Shown: in pieces, positions 26,387-38,058 of the stretch | Numbering within the stretch: the stretch's first letter is position 1 | Layout of the letters: each line of letters begins with the position of its first letter | Source: an uncultured Gammaproteobacteria bacterium | GTDB taxonomy: Bacteria; Patescibacteriota; Microgenomatia; UBA10105; UBA927 | Assembly (NCBI GenBank): GCA_964621305.1 | Contig: CAZUOM010000001.1 | Coordinates: forward strand, 10,390 to 74,389 | DNA: 64,000 nucleotides | Direction: 5' to 3' | Position numbers and translations under genes: made by a program | Notes under the pieces: generated by a model | Told to the model about the DNA's origin: nothing | Database searches by the model: none | The model's input: the letters and a program-made list of their open reading frames with translations, nothing else

Positions 26387-28567
26387 ATGGGCAAACGTCT
26401 TCCAGGCTTTATAGCCATTGCCGTTATTTTTCTTCTGGTTATTGCCTTCTTTTATCCGCTATTTTATCCGGAACCCAAGCTGATCGTTACCCCGGATTTC
26501 GGCAGAAGCGACGCCTGGCACTCAAGTATTGCTGCAAAATCAATTCTGGCCCAAGCGCTCCATCAGCGAAAACTTCCACTCTGGGAACCGACGCTGGGCG
26601 ACGGGTATCCGTTGTTCGCCGATGGGCTCGTTGGCGCGCTATACCTTCCCACAATCTTCTTATTTTCTCTCCTTCCACTAGTTCCCGCAATAAATATACT
26701 AATCGTTTTCAGTTTCATTATTGGTGGTTTGGGCATGTACGTATGGCTTCGACTCCTTGGTATTTATACGCTTCCTGCGGTATTCGGAGGAGTTACCTAT
26801 ATGTTTTCCGGCATATTCATAACTCAAATACCGCATCTTATGATCATCCCGACACTTTCTCTCATCCCATGGTTTTTTGTCGGCATTCAACGAATCATAC
26901 AGAAACCCACACTTGGTAGTGTCGGATTTTTAGCATTTATCATTGGCCAAGAAATACTCGTAGGATTTCCACAGTCAACTGTCATCGGCTTGTCTTTTAC
27001 TTTATTTTATTTTATCTGGCAGCTTCGAAACATTGCGGATAGAACAATACGGATTATCGCCTGTATGCTTTCTCTAGGGCTTGGTATTGGCATTGGGTCT
27101 ATACAACTTTTCCCTTCCTGGGAATTCTTCAAACAAACCACAGCGTTTGAGGGGTTTGCTCCAGAAATCGCGCTCTATTTTTCCTACCCCATCAAACACC
27201 TCATCACTTTTCTTTCACCATTTGCCCTCGGCAACCCCAGGGACGGAACTTATCCCCTCTTTAACGAATTTGATGGAAGCATTTTCTGGGAAAATACTGG
27301 TTATATTGGCCTGGTACCACTTTTTTTTATCTTCATTTCACGCGTATGGAATAAGGATAAAGCCACGAGCTTGCAGTCCCTTACCCATTGGCTGTTTGTC
27401 GTCATTGTCACTGGTGTCCTCCTCATGCTTGGAAAACATTCCCCGCTATACTTTTTGTATTCCATCCCACCTCTCAACATGTTTAGAGTGCCATCTAGAT
27501 TTCTCTGGATGGTAGTTATCGCCTTGGTTATGCTTGCAAGCATTGGACTTCACAAATTATGGACACACGCATCGACACGTCTTCGTGGTGTTCTTGTGAT
27601 TATATTATTGATACACTTCTCCCAGATCATATCCCTTTGGCAGTCTTACCATGCAATAGTAGCGGCAAGTGATTGGCTAGCTACCCCACCGATTGTTTCA
27701 TCATTGACTAATACAAGTAAAATCATCACAATCGGCTCACCTGTGAGTTATAACGCTATCTTTCAAAGCGAAGGTTGGCAAAAAAATGAACCGTATTACT
27801 TCCTTCGCAACACGCTAGCACCCAACAGCAACGCAATTTGGAATATACCAAGTCATGACGTCTATCCAGGTCGTCCACTGAGGCGTTTAGAACTCATAAA
27901 TAGCCTCCTTGCACAAGAACTCACAATCGATACCAATGCGGCAACGATAAGCGCAAACGGCATCAAGCTATTGCAAGTCATGGGTATCAATCGCATCATC
28001 ACTAGCTTGCCTCTCACTCAAGATAAACTTATTCTGCAAACATCACGTTCAGACTTGCATCATGCGGTTACAAGCTATGCCATTCCCAATCAGTGTCCTC
28101 GCGCATACATAACAACAAATCTCCACATTGCAAAAACGATAACAGAAGCGTATAAAATATTTCGAGACAGCAAATTTATTCCCTGCAACCAAGCAATTGT
28201 TGAAAATAAACTCGCCATAAGAGAGCACAATTCCAATGTGGTCGTTAGAGTCGAACGTGACGATGGGGAATCCTTATCGCTGACCGTACGTGACAACCCT
28301 ACAGCGTCTCTTTTGGTTGTGTCCGACACGTTTTATCCAGGCTGGTTTGCAACTGTTGATAACCAACAGACAGACATATACCCAGTCAATATCAACTATC
28401 GAGGCGTTATAGTGCCAGCAGGCGATCACAAACTTTCATTTACCTACAGACCCAAAAGTTTATTGTACGGAGTTTATATCTCCATCGCTTCTCTGACTAT
28501 TGTGGTAACGCTAATGGGATATCCTGTTGTTTTTTCTCTCGTTGGTACTCTAAAAAAAGGTCATTAG
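26387..28567 (+). CDS. YfhO-like multi-TM glycosyltransferase (GT-C)
   Basis: PLW...GYP, FRVPSRF, C-terminal YPGW.ATVD, VPAG.H. Confidence 0.85.
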   Translation: MGKRLPGFIAIAVIFLLVIAFFYPLFYPEPKLIVTPDFGRSDAWHSSIAAKSILAQALHQRKLPLWEPTLGDGYPLFADGLVGALYLPTIFLFSLLPLVPAINILIVFSFIIGGLGMYVWLRLLGIYTLPAVFGGVTYMFSGIFITQIPHLMIIPTLSLIPWFFVGIQRIIQKPTLGSVGFLAFIIGQEILVGFPQSTVIGLSFTLFYFIWQLRNIADRTIRIIACMLSLGLGIGIGSIQLFPSWEFFKQTTAFEGFAPEIALYFSYPIKHLITFLSPFALGNPRDGTYPLFNEFDGSIFWENTGYIGLVPLFFIFISRVWNKDKATSLQSLTHWLFVVIVTGVLLMLGKHSPLYFLYSIPPLNMFRVPSRFLWMVVIALVMLASIGLHKLWTHASTRLRGVLVIILLIHFSQIISLWQSYHAIVAASDWLATPPIVSSLTNTSKIITIGSPVSYNAIFQSEGWQKNEPYYFLRNTLAPNSNAIWNIPSHDVYPGRPLRRLELINSLLAQELTIDTNAATISANGIKLLQVMGINRIITSLPLTQDKLILQTSRSDLHHAVTSYAIPNQCPRAYITTNLHIAKTITEAYKIFRDSKFIPCNQAIVENKLAIREHNSNVVVRVERDDGESLSLTVRDNPTASLLVVSDTFYPGWFATVDNQQTDIYPVNINYRGVIVPAGDHKLSFTYRPKSLLYGVYISIASLTIVVTLMGYPVVFSLVGTLKKGH

Positions 28568-30473
28568 CGGACTCGACGTTCTTGGCGCAATCACGAGCGG
28601 TTATCGCTTCATAATACAAAATATCCTTGACTAAGTCTTGATCTAGTGTTTTTGCTTGGCGAAAAGACATCATAGCCTCTGTACACTGATTCAAAAAAAG
28701 CGAAGCTAATCCGTGTGCTTTATATGCCATAGGCAGCGTACCGTCTCCACCAAGGGCAATTGCTTGCTCAAATTGACGTTTTGCTTGTTCGAGTAAACCT
28801 GCGCGGAGAACAACATTGCCGTACATAATCCGCGACTGCGCATAAAAGTCGCGAACGTCTGAAAGGATGAGGTGGTTATAACGACTCAATATACCTGACG
28901 ATGGGTTATGAAGCAACTCCCATATGCGATCGTTATCAGAAAGAAACGTTGCGATGTTTGGCAATTTCGCAGTAGGAACTGCCTGGTATGCCAAGCCGAA
29001 TGGCACCCAATGCCATCCGTCATCCAGTGGAAATGTAATGTTGGTAAATATCGCTCGACTGACACGGTTGGATCTAATGAACGCATCTGTATAGGACGTA
29101 CGCGGCTTTTGGGTGGGATAGATAAGGTCTGGGAAAATCTTGGGTAGACTTGTTTGAAAATCAACTGCCTCAAGCCTTGATGCATGAATAACATAGACAT
29201 CCGGACGGTAGCGGAGGCCATACCGCACATATAGGGTCGGAAAAAGAGGCGTATCACTGCGAAGAAGCAGGATGCTGCCGACGGGTAACGGATTTAATAT
29301 ATCCTTTCCCATGATTTGGGCGGTTTGATCAGCGGAAAATCCTATAAATTTTGGTATTGTTTGCAAAGCGAAAAAAAAAGGATACATATATATGATACAA
29401 ACTATCCCGCGCCTAAGTATCACGCGAAGCTTAGAAGATGAAACTAAAAATACCGACCACTCGACGATTTGGACTAACCCAAAACCAATAACAAGAGCAA
29501 AAAGTACATACGAAGGGAGTAAAAACCGTTCGTACGTGCCCAGCGTAAACCGATTAATAAGTGGGAAGCTCGCATAAAAATAAAATACCGGCCCGAGAAA
29601 TAGCAGACCTAGAAAAAAATACCAGAATAGCATCCTTTTTCTGGCTAATAGGTAGTAAAACCCAGCAAAAACGAGGGCAATCCCAAAAGCACCAAGGTCC
29701 ATGACGGAAAACTGCAGATACGCTTTAACCCCAAGGAGTCGCTCAGCTATGCCCGCACCGTAGTAGCTATTGGATAGAAATGTCCCGTAATCAGCCCTCG
29801 TCACCAAGCGTATTAAGCTGGGGACATCAACCGCCCGATCCCAATTGATGATGGAATTACCACCAGCTGCAAGAGGAACATAGAAATATGGTAGGAACCC
29901 AGCCAAAAACAAAACTACCAACCTCATACTAAATCTCTTTCTAAGAAATCCCCAGATAACGTAGCCGATTGCGGGAAATAAAAATAAAATCACATGATGA
30001 TGCGTAAGCGAAAGTCCAATCATAAAACTAAGAGCATAGGCATATCGACCGTTGCTGGTTAAAATCAAACGATAAATTAAGTACGTAATAATAATCACGA
30101 ATAGATCAAACAGCGCAAAAACCTCTTGTGTTATGCTGTAGAGGAAAAATAAATAGTTCGTTGCAAGGAGCCAAACAGCAAAAAACGCTGCGGCATATCG
30201 CCTACAAATTTGATGGACGAGAAAAAAAACAGCCCCAAGGGTCAGTGCATGAGGTAGTGATGATAATAAGCCTACTCGCCAAGCGGGAGTTCCTAGCGGT
30301 AGGTGACTGGCGAGCCAACCGAGGAATGTATAGAGCGGATACCCCGGCGGGTGAGGCACGCCAAACGTTACCGCCGCCGTCACGAGGTCACCGCTGTCTC
30401 CGCCATAAATCCCTTGAGCTTGAAAAAATAGATATACTGCAAAACTTACCAACGCCACACAGATGGCTATCAC
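28497..30473 (-). CDS. DUF2723/TMEM260-like membrane glycosyltransferase with C-terminal TPR
   Basis: GDSGDL, GVPHPPGYPLY, HH motif, many TMs, TPR-like tail. Confidence 0.85.
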   Translation of the reverse strand: MIAICVALVSFAVYLFFQAQGIYGGDSGDLVTAAVTFGVPHPPGYPLYTFLGWLASHLPLGTPAWRVGLLSSLPHALTLGAVFFLVHQICRRYAAAFFAVWLLATNYLFFLYSITQEVFALFDLFVIIITYLIYRLILTSNGRYAYALSFMIGLSLTHHHVILFLFPAIGYVIWGFLRKRFSMRLVVLFLAGFLPYFYVPLAAGGNSIINWDRAVDVPSLIRLVTRADYGTFLSNSYYGAGIAERLLGVKAYLQFSVMDLGAFGIALVFAGFYYLLARKRMLFWYFFLGLLFLGPVFYFYASFPLINRFTLGTYERFLLPSYVLFALVIGFGLVQIVEWSVFLVSSSKLRVILRRGIVCIIYMYPFFFALQTIPKFIGFSADQTAQIMGKDILNPLPVGSILLLRSDTPLFPTLYVRYGLRYRPDVYVIHASRLEAVDFQTSLPKIFPDLIYPTQKPRTSYTDAFIRSNRVSRAIFTNITFPLDDGWHWVPFGLAYQAVPTAKLPNIATFLSDNDRIWELLHNPSSGILSRYNHLILSDVRDFYAQSRIMYGNVVLRAGLLEQAKRQFEQAIALGGDGTLPMAYKAHGLASLFLNQCTEAMMSFRQAKTLDQDLVKDILYYEAITARDCAKNVESANDLFLEYQREKKQQDIPLALPQ

Positions 30474-30477
30474 GAAG

Positions 30478-30987
30478 TTATTGGATGCAGTAGTAACAGT
30501 CACTGCCACTAGTACCAGAGGTTTGGGACTTACATGTGTTAGTTGACGATTGACCGTCCGATGCGAAAATATTGACTGGATCTTCCTGGAAAGACTTTGA
30601 TTCCGGCCTAAAACAGACTGCCATATGTTCCGGTCCTGTCGAGGTTGTTAATATCTTTGCTAAATTGCTTGTTTGGGCCAATTCCATGAACCGATTTTTC
30701 AGCTCTCCGACGTTGATGAGTTCTGTAACATCCGATCCCATGCTGCTGACCGGCTTTCCGACAAATGCGCTCCCAGTTCCCCAAGGAAAAACTCCTTTTG
30801 TCGCGTAATAGCGAAGGTTCGCATTGTAAAATGCAGCCGTGGTGTTTCGGATAGAAGAATCTCTACCTTTTTTTAGCTGTTCAAACGGATCAACGGTAGC
30901 CAATAGCCCGATCGCAAGCGATCCTAAAAGCGCAATAACGATTAGCAGTTCAATGAGTGTAAAACCTTTAAGTTTCAAATTTCTCAT
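30478..30987 (-). CDS. Type IV pilin (probable major pilin)
   Basis: KGFTLIELLIVI; follows pilC. Confidence 0.9.
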   Translation of the reverse strand: MRNLKLKGFTLIELLIVIALLGSLAIGLLATVDPFEQLKKGRDSSIRNTTAAFYNANLRYYATKGVFPWGTGSAFVGKPVSSMGSDVTELINVGELKNRFMELAQTSNLAKILTTSTGPEHMAVCFRPESKSFQEDPVNIFASDGQSSTNTCKSQTSGTSGSDCYYCIQ

Positions 30988-31033
30988 TCTTTATCAGGTT
31001 TATCATCCATACAAACTCTTGTCAAGCCCCAAG

Positions 31034-32242
31034 TTATTTCAACTGAGTAGTAAGACTGTAAATTGGGGTGACGATGGAAATGACGATAAAACCAACGCCC
31101 AAGCCAAGAACGACCATAATGATTGGTTCAATGGCAGTCGTCAGTCCCCGCACCAAATGTTCTGATTCAGTTTGAAAATATTTTGAGAGCTTGAAAAGAG
31201 TGTCGTCTAGCTTTCCAGTTTCTTCACCGACCTTCATCATCTGCGGGACGATGGGGGGAAAAATAGGATGTTGTGCAAACGTTTCACCGAGTGAAAAACC
31301 TTTCTCTATCCGCTTACTAATGTCATCGATGGCCCGCCGAAATAACACGTTTCCTAATGAATCGCGAAGTATTGAAAGCCCATTAAGTATATGGATGCCA
31401 GATCCGATGAGCATGGCGAGAGTCCTCGTAAACTCAACGAGAATAATTTTTTTCTGTAAGTCTCCCATAATCGGTATCCGCAACTTAACCGAGTCAACAA
31501 TAAATTCTCCCACCGTTGTCTTACTCCATTTTTTAAATACGGCAGCGCCAACTACAATAAAAACAAGAGCCAACCACCAATAGAGTACAAATAAGTTTGA
31601 AATATTGATAAGGAGTTGCGTTGTCAGAGGGAGGGCAATACCAAAATCTTTATAAAGCTCTGTAAGCTTGGGTATTACGACTGTCATCATAACAAAAACG
31701 ACCACAATCATGCCAACAATGACGATCGCTGGGTAAATAAGCGCGCCTTTTACTTTGCTTGCAAATTCACGTTCTGTTTCAAGCGTTTCAGCTAATCTAA
31801 GCAAGACTTGATCCAAGGTGCCAGATGTTTCTCCAGCCTTTACCAACGATCGGTAAACAGTCGAAAAAATGGTCGGGTGTTTGCTGAGAGAGGCAGCGAG
31901 GTTTCCTCCGCTTAAGATCTGGTTTTCTACATCAGTGAGCGCCTTGGTTAACACTGGATTGGTCGCCTGCGTTCGCAGGATAGTGAGCGCATCAGGCAAA
32001 GAAAGTCCTGCAACCACCATCGTAGCTAATTGACGTGTAAAATTCGTTATATCGCTAGCACTTACTTTCCGAAAACGTAAAAATAAAAGACTCAGTACTC
32101 CAAGGGTTCTTTCTTTTATATCAATAATGAAGTATTGCCGATTACGCAAGACCTTCACTGCTAGAGGCAGCGTTGGTGCCTCAACGGTCCCGGTTACCGG
32201 TTTTTGATCAGCATCAGAAGCGTGGTAGCTAAAAAGAGGCAT
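31034..32242 (-). CDS. pilC: Type IV pilus platform protein PilC
   Basis: FTRQLATM, GETSGTL, ALIYP, GEETGKL, IEP. Confidence 0.95.
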   Translation of the reverse strand: MPLFSYHASDADQKPVTGTVEAPTLPLAVKVLRNRQYFIIDIKERTLGVLSLLFLRFRKVSASDITNFTRQLATMVVAGLSLPDALTILRTQATNPVLTKALTDVENQILSGGNLAASLSKHPTIFSTVYRSLVKAGETSGTLDQVLLRLAETLETEREFASKVKGALIYPAIVIVGMIVVVFVMMTVVIPKLTELYKDFGIALPLTTQLLINISNLFVLYWWLALVFIVVGAAVFKKWSKTTVGEFIVDSVKLRIPIMGDLQKKIILVEFTRTLAMLIGSGIHILNGLSILRDSLGNVLFRRAIDDISKRIEKGFSLGETFAQHPIFPPIVPQMMKVGEETGKLDDTLFKLSKYFQTESEHLVRGLTTAIEPIIMVVLGLGVGFIVISIVTPIYSLTTQLK

Positions 32243-32244
32243 GT

Positions 32245-33294
32245 TTATTCCAAGAGCCTCATAAGCTCTTCGGGCCGTATCGCAAATGATTTTGCCACCT
32301 CTATCGTAATTTTTCCTGCTTTGATGCAACCAGCAAGGGCCGTTTCCAACGTCTGCATTCCGAGTTCTGCTGAAGTCTGGATGATGTTATCGATTAGGTG
32401 CGTTTTGCCCTCACGTATTGTTGTTCTGACTGCTGAAGAAGCGGTCAAAACTTCAGCAACTGCCAACCGACCGCCACTAGTCGCGGGAACCAATCGTTGA
32501 GAAAATATTCCCTCCAAAACAGACGAAAGTTGAAGTCGTATCTGGGGTTGCTGGTTTTCCGGAAACACGTCAACGATACGATCTATAGTTTGAGCTGCAG
32601 AGTTAGTATGAAGGGTAGCAAATACTAAGTGGCCCGTCTCGGCAACCGTAATGGCCGCAGCAATGGTCTCAAAATCTCGCATCTCGCCAACGAGCACAAC
32701 ATCCGGATCTTCCCTGAGCACAGAGCGAAGGGCCACGTTCCATGAGTAGGTATCTCCGTGCATCTCACGCTGGGATATGATTGAGAGTCCCTTGGGATAA
32801 ATATACTCTATGGGATCCTCAATGGTCACGATATGAAGCGCTGTTGTTTCATTGATCGTGTTAATCATGGAGGCAAGTGTCGTCGACTTTCCGTGGCCAG
32901 TTGGACCAGTAACCAGAACCAGGCCTTGACGCAATTTTACAAACTCGTGACAAATGGATGGCAATCCAAGTCCATCAATGGTTTTTATGACAGCTGGAAC
33001 TAGTCGAAAAGTAGCCGCCATTGTACCTTTTTGGTAGTACACGTTTGCACGGAATCGACCGGAGGCAGATGCAATAGAATAGTCGATCTCTCGGTTCGTT
33101 GCATAAAGCTCTTTTTGTTCGTCGTTAAGCGTTGACAGAATAAGTCTTTCCGTATCGGCAGATACGAGCGGCTGGATACTCGCGATCGGACTAAGCTTAC
33201 CATGAACCCGAAGCATAGGCGGAAAACCAACCAGCAAATGAAGGTCAGATGCCTCAAGTCGAGATGCCTCAGAAAATAATTGTTGAATATCCAT
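32245..33294 (-). CDS. pilT: Pilus retraction ATPase PilT
   Basis: GPTGHGKSTT, LREDPDV, AETGHLV, GMQT. Confidence 0.96.
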   Translation of the reverse strand: MDIQQLFSEASRLEASDLHLLVGFPPMLRVHGKLSPIASIQPLVSADTERLILSTLNDEQKELYATNREIDYSIASASGRFRANVYYQKGTMAATFRLVPAVIKTIDGLGLPSICHEFVKLRQGLVLVTGPTGHGKSTTLASMINTINETTALHIVTIEDPIEYIYPKGLSIISQREMHGDTYSWNVALRSVLREDPDVVLVGEMRDFETIAAAITVAETGHLVFATLHTNSAAQTIDRIVDVFPENQQPQIRLQLSSVLEGIFSQRLVPATSGGRLAVAEVLTASSAVRTTIREGKTHLIDNIIQTSAELGMQTLETALAGCIKAGKITIEVAKSFAIRPEELMRLLE

Positions 33295-33298
33295 ATTG

Positions 33299-35017
33299 TT
33301 AATCCTGAGCTACTCGTAGTACTTCTTCAAGAGTCGTGATGCCTTCTAAGGCCTTTAGGTAACCATCCTGTTTCATGGTAATCATGTTTTCGACAACTGC
33401 TTGCCTTTCTATGTCACTCATTGGTGCGCGGGACAACACAAGCTTGGCTATGGCATCCGACACTGGAAATAATTCAAATACGCCAATTCGTCCCAAATAC
33501 ATGCTCCCTCCGCAGGTCTGGCAGGGGAGGTTGTTGACAGACCCATGACCTCGATATAACCGAAGGGGTTCCTCCGGTAAAAATGGACCCAACACACTTT
33601 TTATATCTTCTCTGACAGACTCCTCTGGTTCGTATTCTTCTTTACACGCGGGACAGATTCTCCTAACAATTCGCTGAGCCATGACGGCATTCAGTGCTGA
33701 TGCTACCAAAAAAGGCTCCGCACCGAGATCGAGGAGTCTTGGCACTGCTCCGGCGGCATTGTTTGTATGCAAGGTAGAAAATACCAAATGTCCGGTAAGC
33801 GCAGCCTGAATAGCTAGGTCCGTGGTTTCATTATCGCGGATCTCACCAACCAAAATTACGTTAGGGTCCTGACGTAAAAAAGCGCGCAGACCATTGGCGA
33901 ATGTTAATCCTGCCTGAGGATTGACCTGTACTTGATTGATACCGGCGATCTCATACTCAATTGGGTCCTCTAATGTCACGATGTTGACGCGCGTATTATT
34001 GAGCCGAGAAAGAACCGCATAAAGGGTCGTGGTTTTCCCAGACCCGGTTGGTCCGGTAACAAGAATGATGCCATGAGGTCGCAGAATGCTTGCTTCTAAG
34101 TTTTTAACCGCAAGTCCTCGAAGCCCTAATTCTGGCAACGGTGGTACGCCGCCGGATTTTTTAAGAAGCCGCATAACAATCTTTTCCCCATGTGAAGTGG
34201 GAAGAGTCGAAACACGAAGATCCACCTCGGTATCACCCATTTTAAAATTAAATCTTCCATCCTGAGGTATCCGCTTCTCGTCGATTTTCATATCTGAAAG
34301 GATTTTTGTACGTGAAATAACCGCCTCGTGCAGTGAATGCGGAAGCGACAAACGTTCTTGCAATATTCCGTCTATACGGTACCGTACTCGCGTGTCACCA
34401 TCCATCGGCTCGATGTGTATATCAGAAGCCCGTAACCTGATCGCCTGCTCAAGGAGTGCGGAAACGATTTGGGCAATGGGAGCTTCTCGAATAACTTCGC
34501 CTAGCTTTCCTGCTTCATAGGTTTTTATAGCAGACGGAGTTGTTTCTTGAAGCGCTGCCTTAACATCTTCTCCTAAATTCTGTGTATAGAGATCCTCAAT
34601 CTTTGCCATGATATCATCGCCCATAGCCATATACGGAACAACGTGTAAGCCAGATTTTTTCTCTAGAAACTCAATCACCTGATAATCCAATGGATCTGAC
34701 ATGGCAACAGAGAGTTCTTTTGTTTTTTCGTCCATCTTAAAAGGGACTAGACCATACCGTCTCGCAACTGGCTCGGGGACAATGTTGACGAAATTCGGAG
34801 TAACTGCTAAAGACGAAAGCTTAACAAAGGGAATATTGAGCAATGTTGCTCGTACTTTTACGAGATCCTCTTCTTTTGCGAACCGTTTTCTGAGTAGCAA
34901 TTTTTCAATCGGCTCACCAGTGCTAAGCACTTCTGTCGCAATTGCTGCTGCATCCGTTCTGCTGATGCGACCGGAGGACACAAATGCATCAAGGAAATCT
35001 TGGGCAGTTGCCGTCAT
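33299..35017 (-). CDS. pilB: Pilus assembly ATPase PilB
   Basis: ASDIHIEP, GPTGSGKTT, LRQDP, CxxC pairs. Confidence 0.95.
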   Translation of the reverse strand: MTATAQDFLDAFVSSGRISRTDAAAIATEVLSTGEPIEKLLLRKRFAKEEDLVKVRATLLNIPFVKLSSLAVTPNFVNIVPEPVARRYGLVPFKMDEKTKELSVAMSDPLDYQVIEFLEKKSGLHVVPYMAMGDDIMAKIEDLYTQNLGEDVKAALQETTPSAIKTYEAGKLGEVIREAPIAQIVSALLEQAIRLRASDIHIEPMDGDTRVRYRIDGILQERLSLPHSLHEAVISRTKILSDMKIDEKRIPQDGRFNFKMGDTEVDLRVSTLPTSHGEKIVMRLLKKSGGVPPLPELGLRGLAVKNLEASILRPHGIILVTGPTGSGKTTTLYAVLSRLNNTRVNIVTLEDPIEYEIAGINQVQVNPQAGLTFANGLRAFLRQDPNVILVGEIRDNETTDLAIQAALTGHLVFSTLHTNNAAGAVPRLLDLGAEPFLVASALNAVMAQRIVRRICPACKEEYEPEESVREDIKSVLGPFLPEEPLRLYRGHGSVNNLPCQTCGGSMYLGRIGVFELFPVSDAIAKLVLSRAPMSDIERQAVVENMITMKQDGYLKALEGITTLEEVLRVAQD

Positions 35018-35058
35018 ACAAGCATTATCATCCACGCCTCGGGTATAATGCAAGTACG

Positions 35059-35754
35059 ATGTATAGTTTTCTTATCACTGGTGGAACTATTGAAAAAAGA
35101 AACGAGTGGATAGTTGGTAAGCTTAAAGACTGGGGCGTAGGAAAATTCGACGTTACCCAGGTTGCCCCCGAGGAAACCAGCATAGGTATTGACGTTGTCC
35201 GGGAGCTCCGGAAAACGCTACTCCTTAAACCGATCGGTTCTCCATTTTCCGTCGGAATTATTCGTCAAGCAGAATCGTTAACCATCGAGGCCCAAAATGC
35301 GTTGCTAAAAACACTTGAAGAGCCTCCCCCGCGGGCAAGGGTCGTTCTTGAATCCCAAACCGCCGATGTATTCTTGCCCACAATTATTTCCCGCTGTCAT
35401 CTGGTCCGTGTCGAACCCAGTGAAGAATTATCGAAAGAGAAATTGTTGCAATGTTTTAAAACAATAGAACAAATCCTTGTCTCTCCCGTTGGACAACGCA
35501 TGAAGCTTTTGGATGAGGTCGCCACAAACCGCGATGAGGCCGCCGCATGGGTCGACCTTGCCCTAACCGCAACACGCGCCGGCCTACTAGCAAAACCTGG
35601 CTCTTCTCCTAAGCTACTAAGCTGCGAAGCTACTAAGTTTCTTCGTTCCCTTCTTCTTGCTCGTCAGGAGCTAACCGCCAACGTCAACTATAAGCTCGTT
35701 CTAGACAACATTTTCCTTCCAAAATCTCTGGACAAGGGCATGACAATAGGGTAA
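35059..35754 (+). CDS. holB: DNA polymerase III delta' subunit (short)
   Basis: AQNALLKTLEEPP, PTIISRC. Confidence 0.88.
   Translation: MYSFLITGGTIEKRNEWIVGKLKDWGVGKFDVTQVAPEETSIGIDVVRELRKTLLLKPIGSPFSVGIIRQAESLTIEAQNALLKTLEEPPPRARVVLESQTADVFLPTIISRCHLVRVEPSEELSKEKLLQCFKTIEQILVSPVGQRMKLLDEVATNRDEAAAWVDLALTATRAGLLAKPGSSPKLLSCEATKFLRSLLLARQELTANVNYKLVLDNIFLPKSLDKGMTIG
35609..35640 (+). repeat. Octamer CTAAGCTA x4 (degenerate) within holB
   Basis: ctaagcta ctaagctg cgaagcta ctaagttt. Confidence 0.7.
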
Positions 35755-37698
<1,944 letters not shown>

Positions 37699-37785
37699 TT
37701 ATTTGGCGAGCGAAGTCCGCCCAAAATCGCTCCACGAGCCGCGCTACGAATAGTAGGTAAGGCGAGTGGTAAGATTGGGAGGACA

Positions 37786-37809
37786 AAATTGGCTACCTTA
37801 GATGTATGA
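37786..37809 (+). pseudogene. Recoded copy of gyrB 3' end (KLATLDV*)
   Basis: aaa ttg gct acc tta gat gta tga vs aag ctc gcc acc tta gat gta taa at 37675-37698. Confidence 0.85.
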
Positions 37810-38015
37810 AGAGCCGATTCACAACTCCAATAACGTTTTTAACGAAACCAAGGAAGATGGCTCTGTTTATGGTTTTACTTGGTTTACTACTGATGCAACC
37901 ATTTCCCTATCGAGACCAAACACTATCTGGTAATTTATTAGGGTTTGCAGGTTTAATTCTCACGATTGTTGGAGTATTGACAATTATGATTTCCGTACTA
38001 GTCAAGGGAGCATAA
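37806..38015 (+). CDS. Small two-TM hypothetical protein
   Basis: 69 aa; ATG overlaps the stop of the gyrB-tail copy. Confidence 0.65.
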   Translation: MKSRFTTPITFLTKPRKMALFMVLLGLLLMQPFPYRDQTLSGNLLGFAGLILTIVGVLTIMISVLVKGA

Positions 38016-38058
38016 TCCATCTAGACGTTTAGCACTTATAAACGTTATAATTGTTGTT

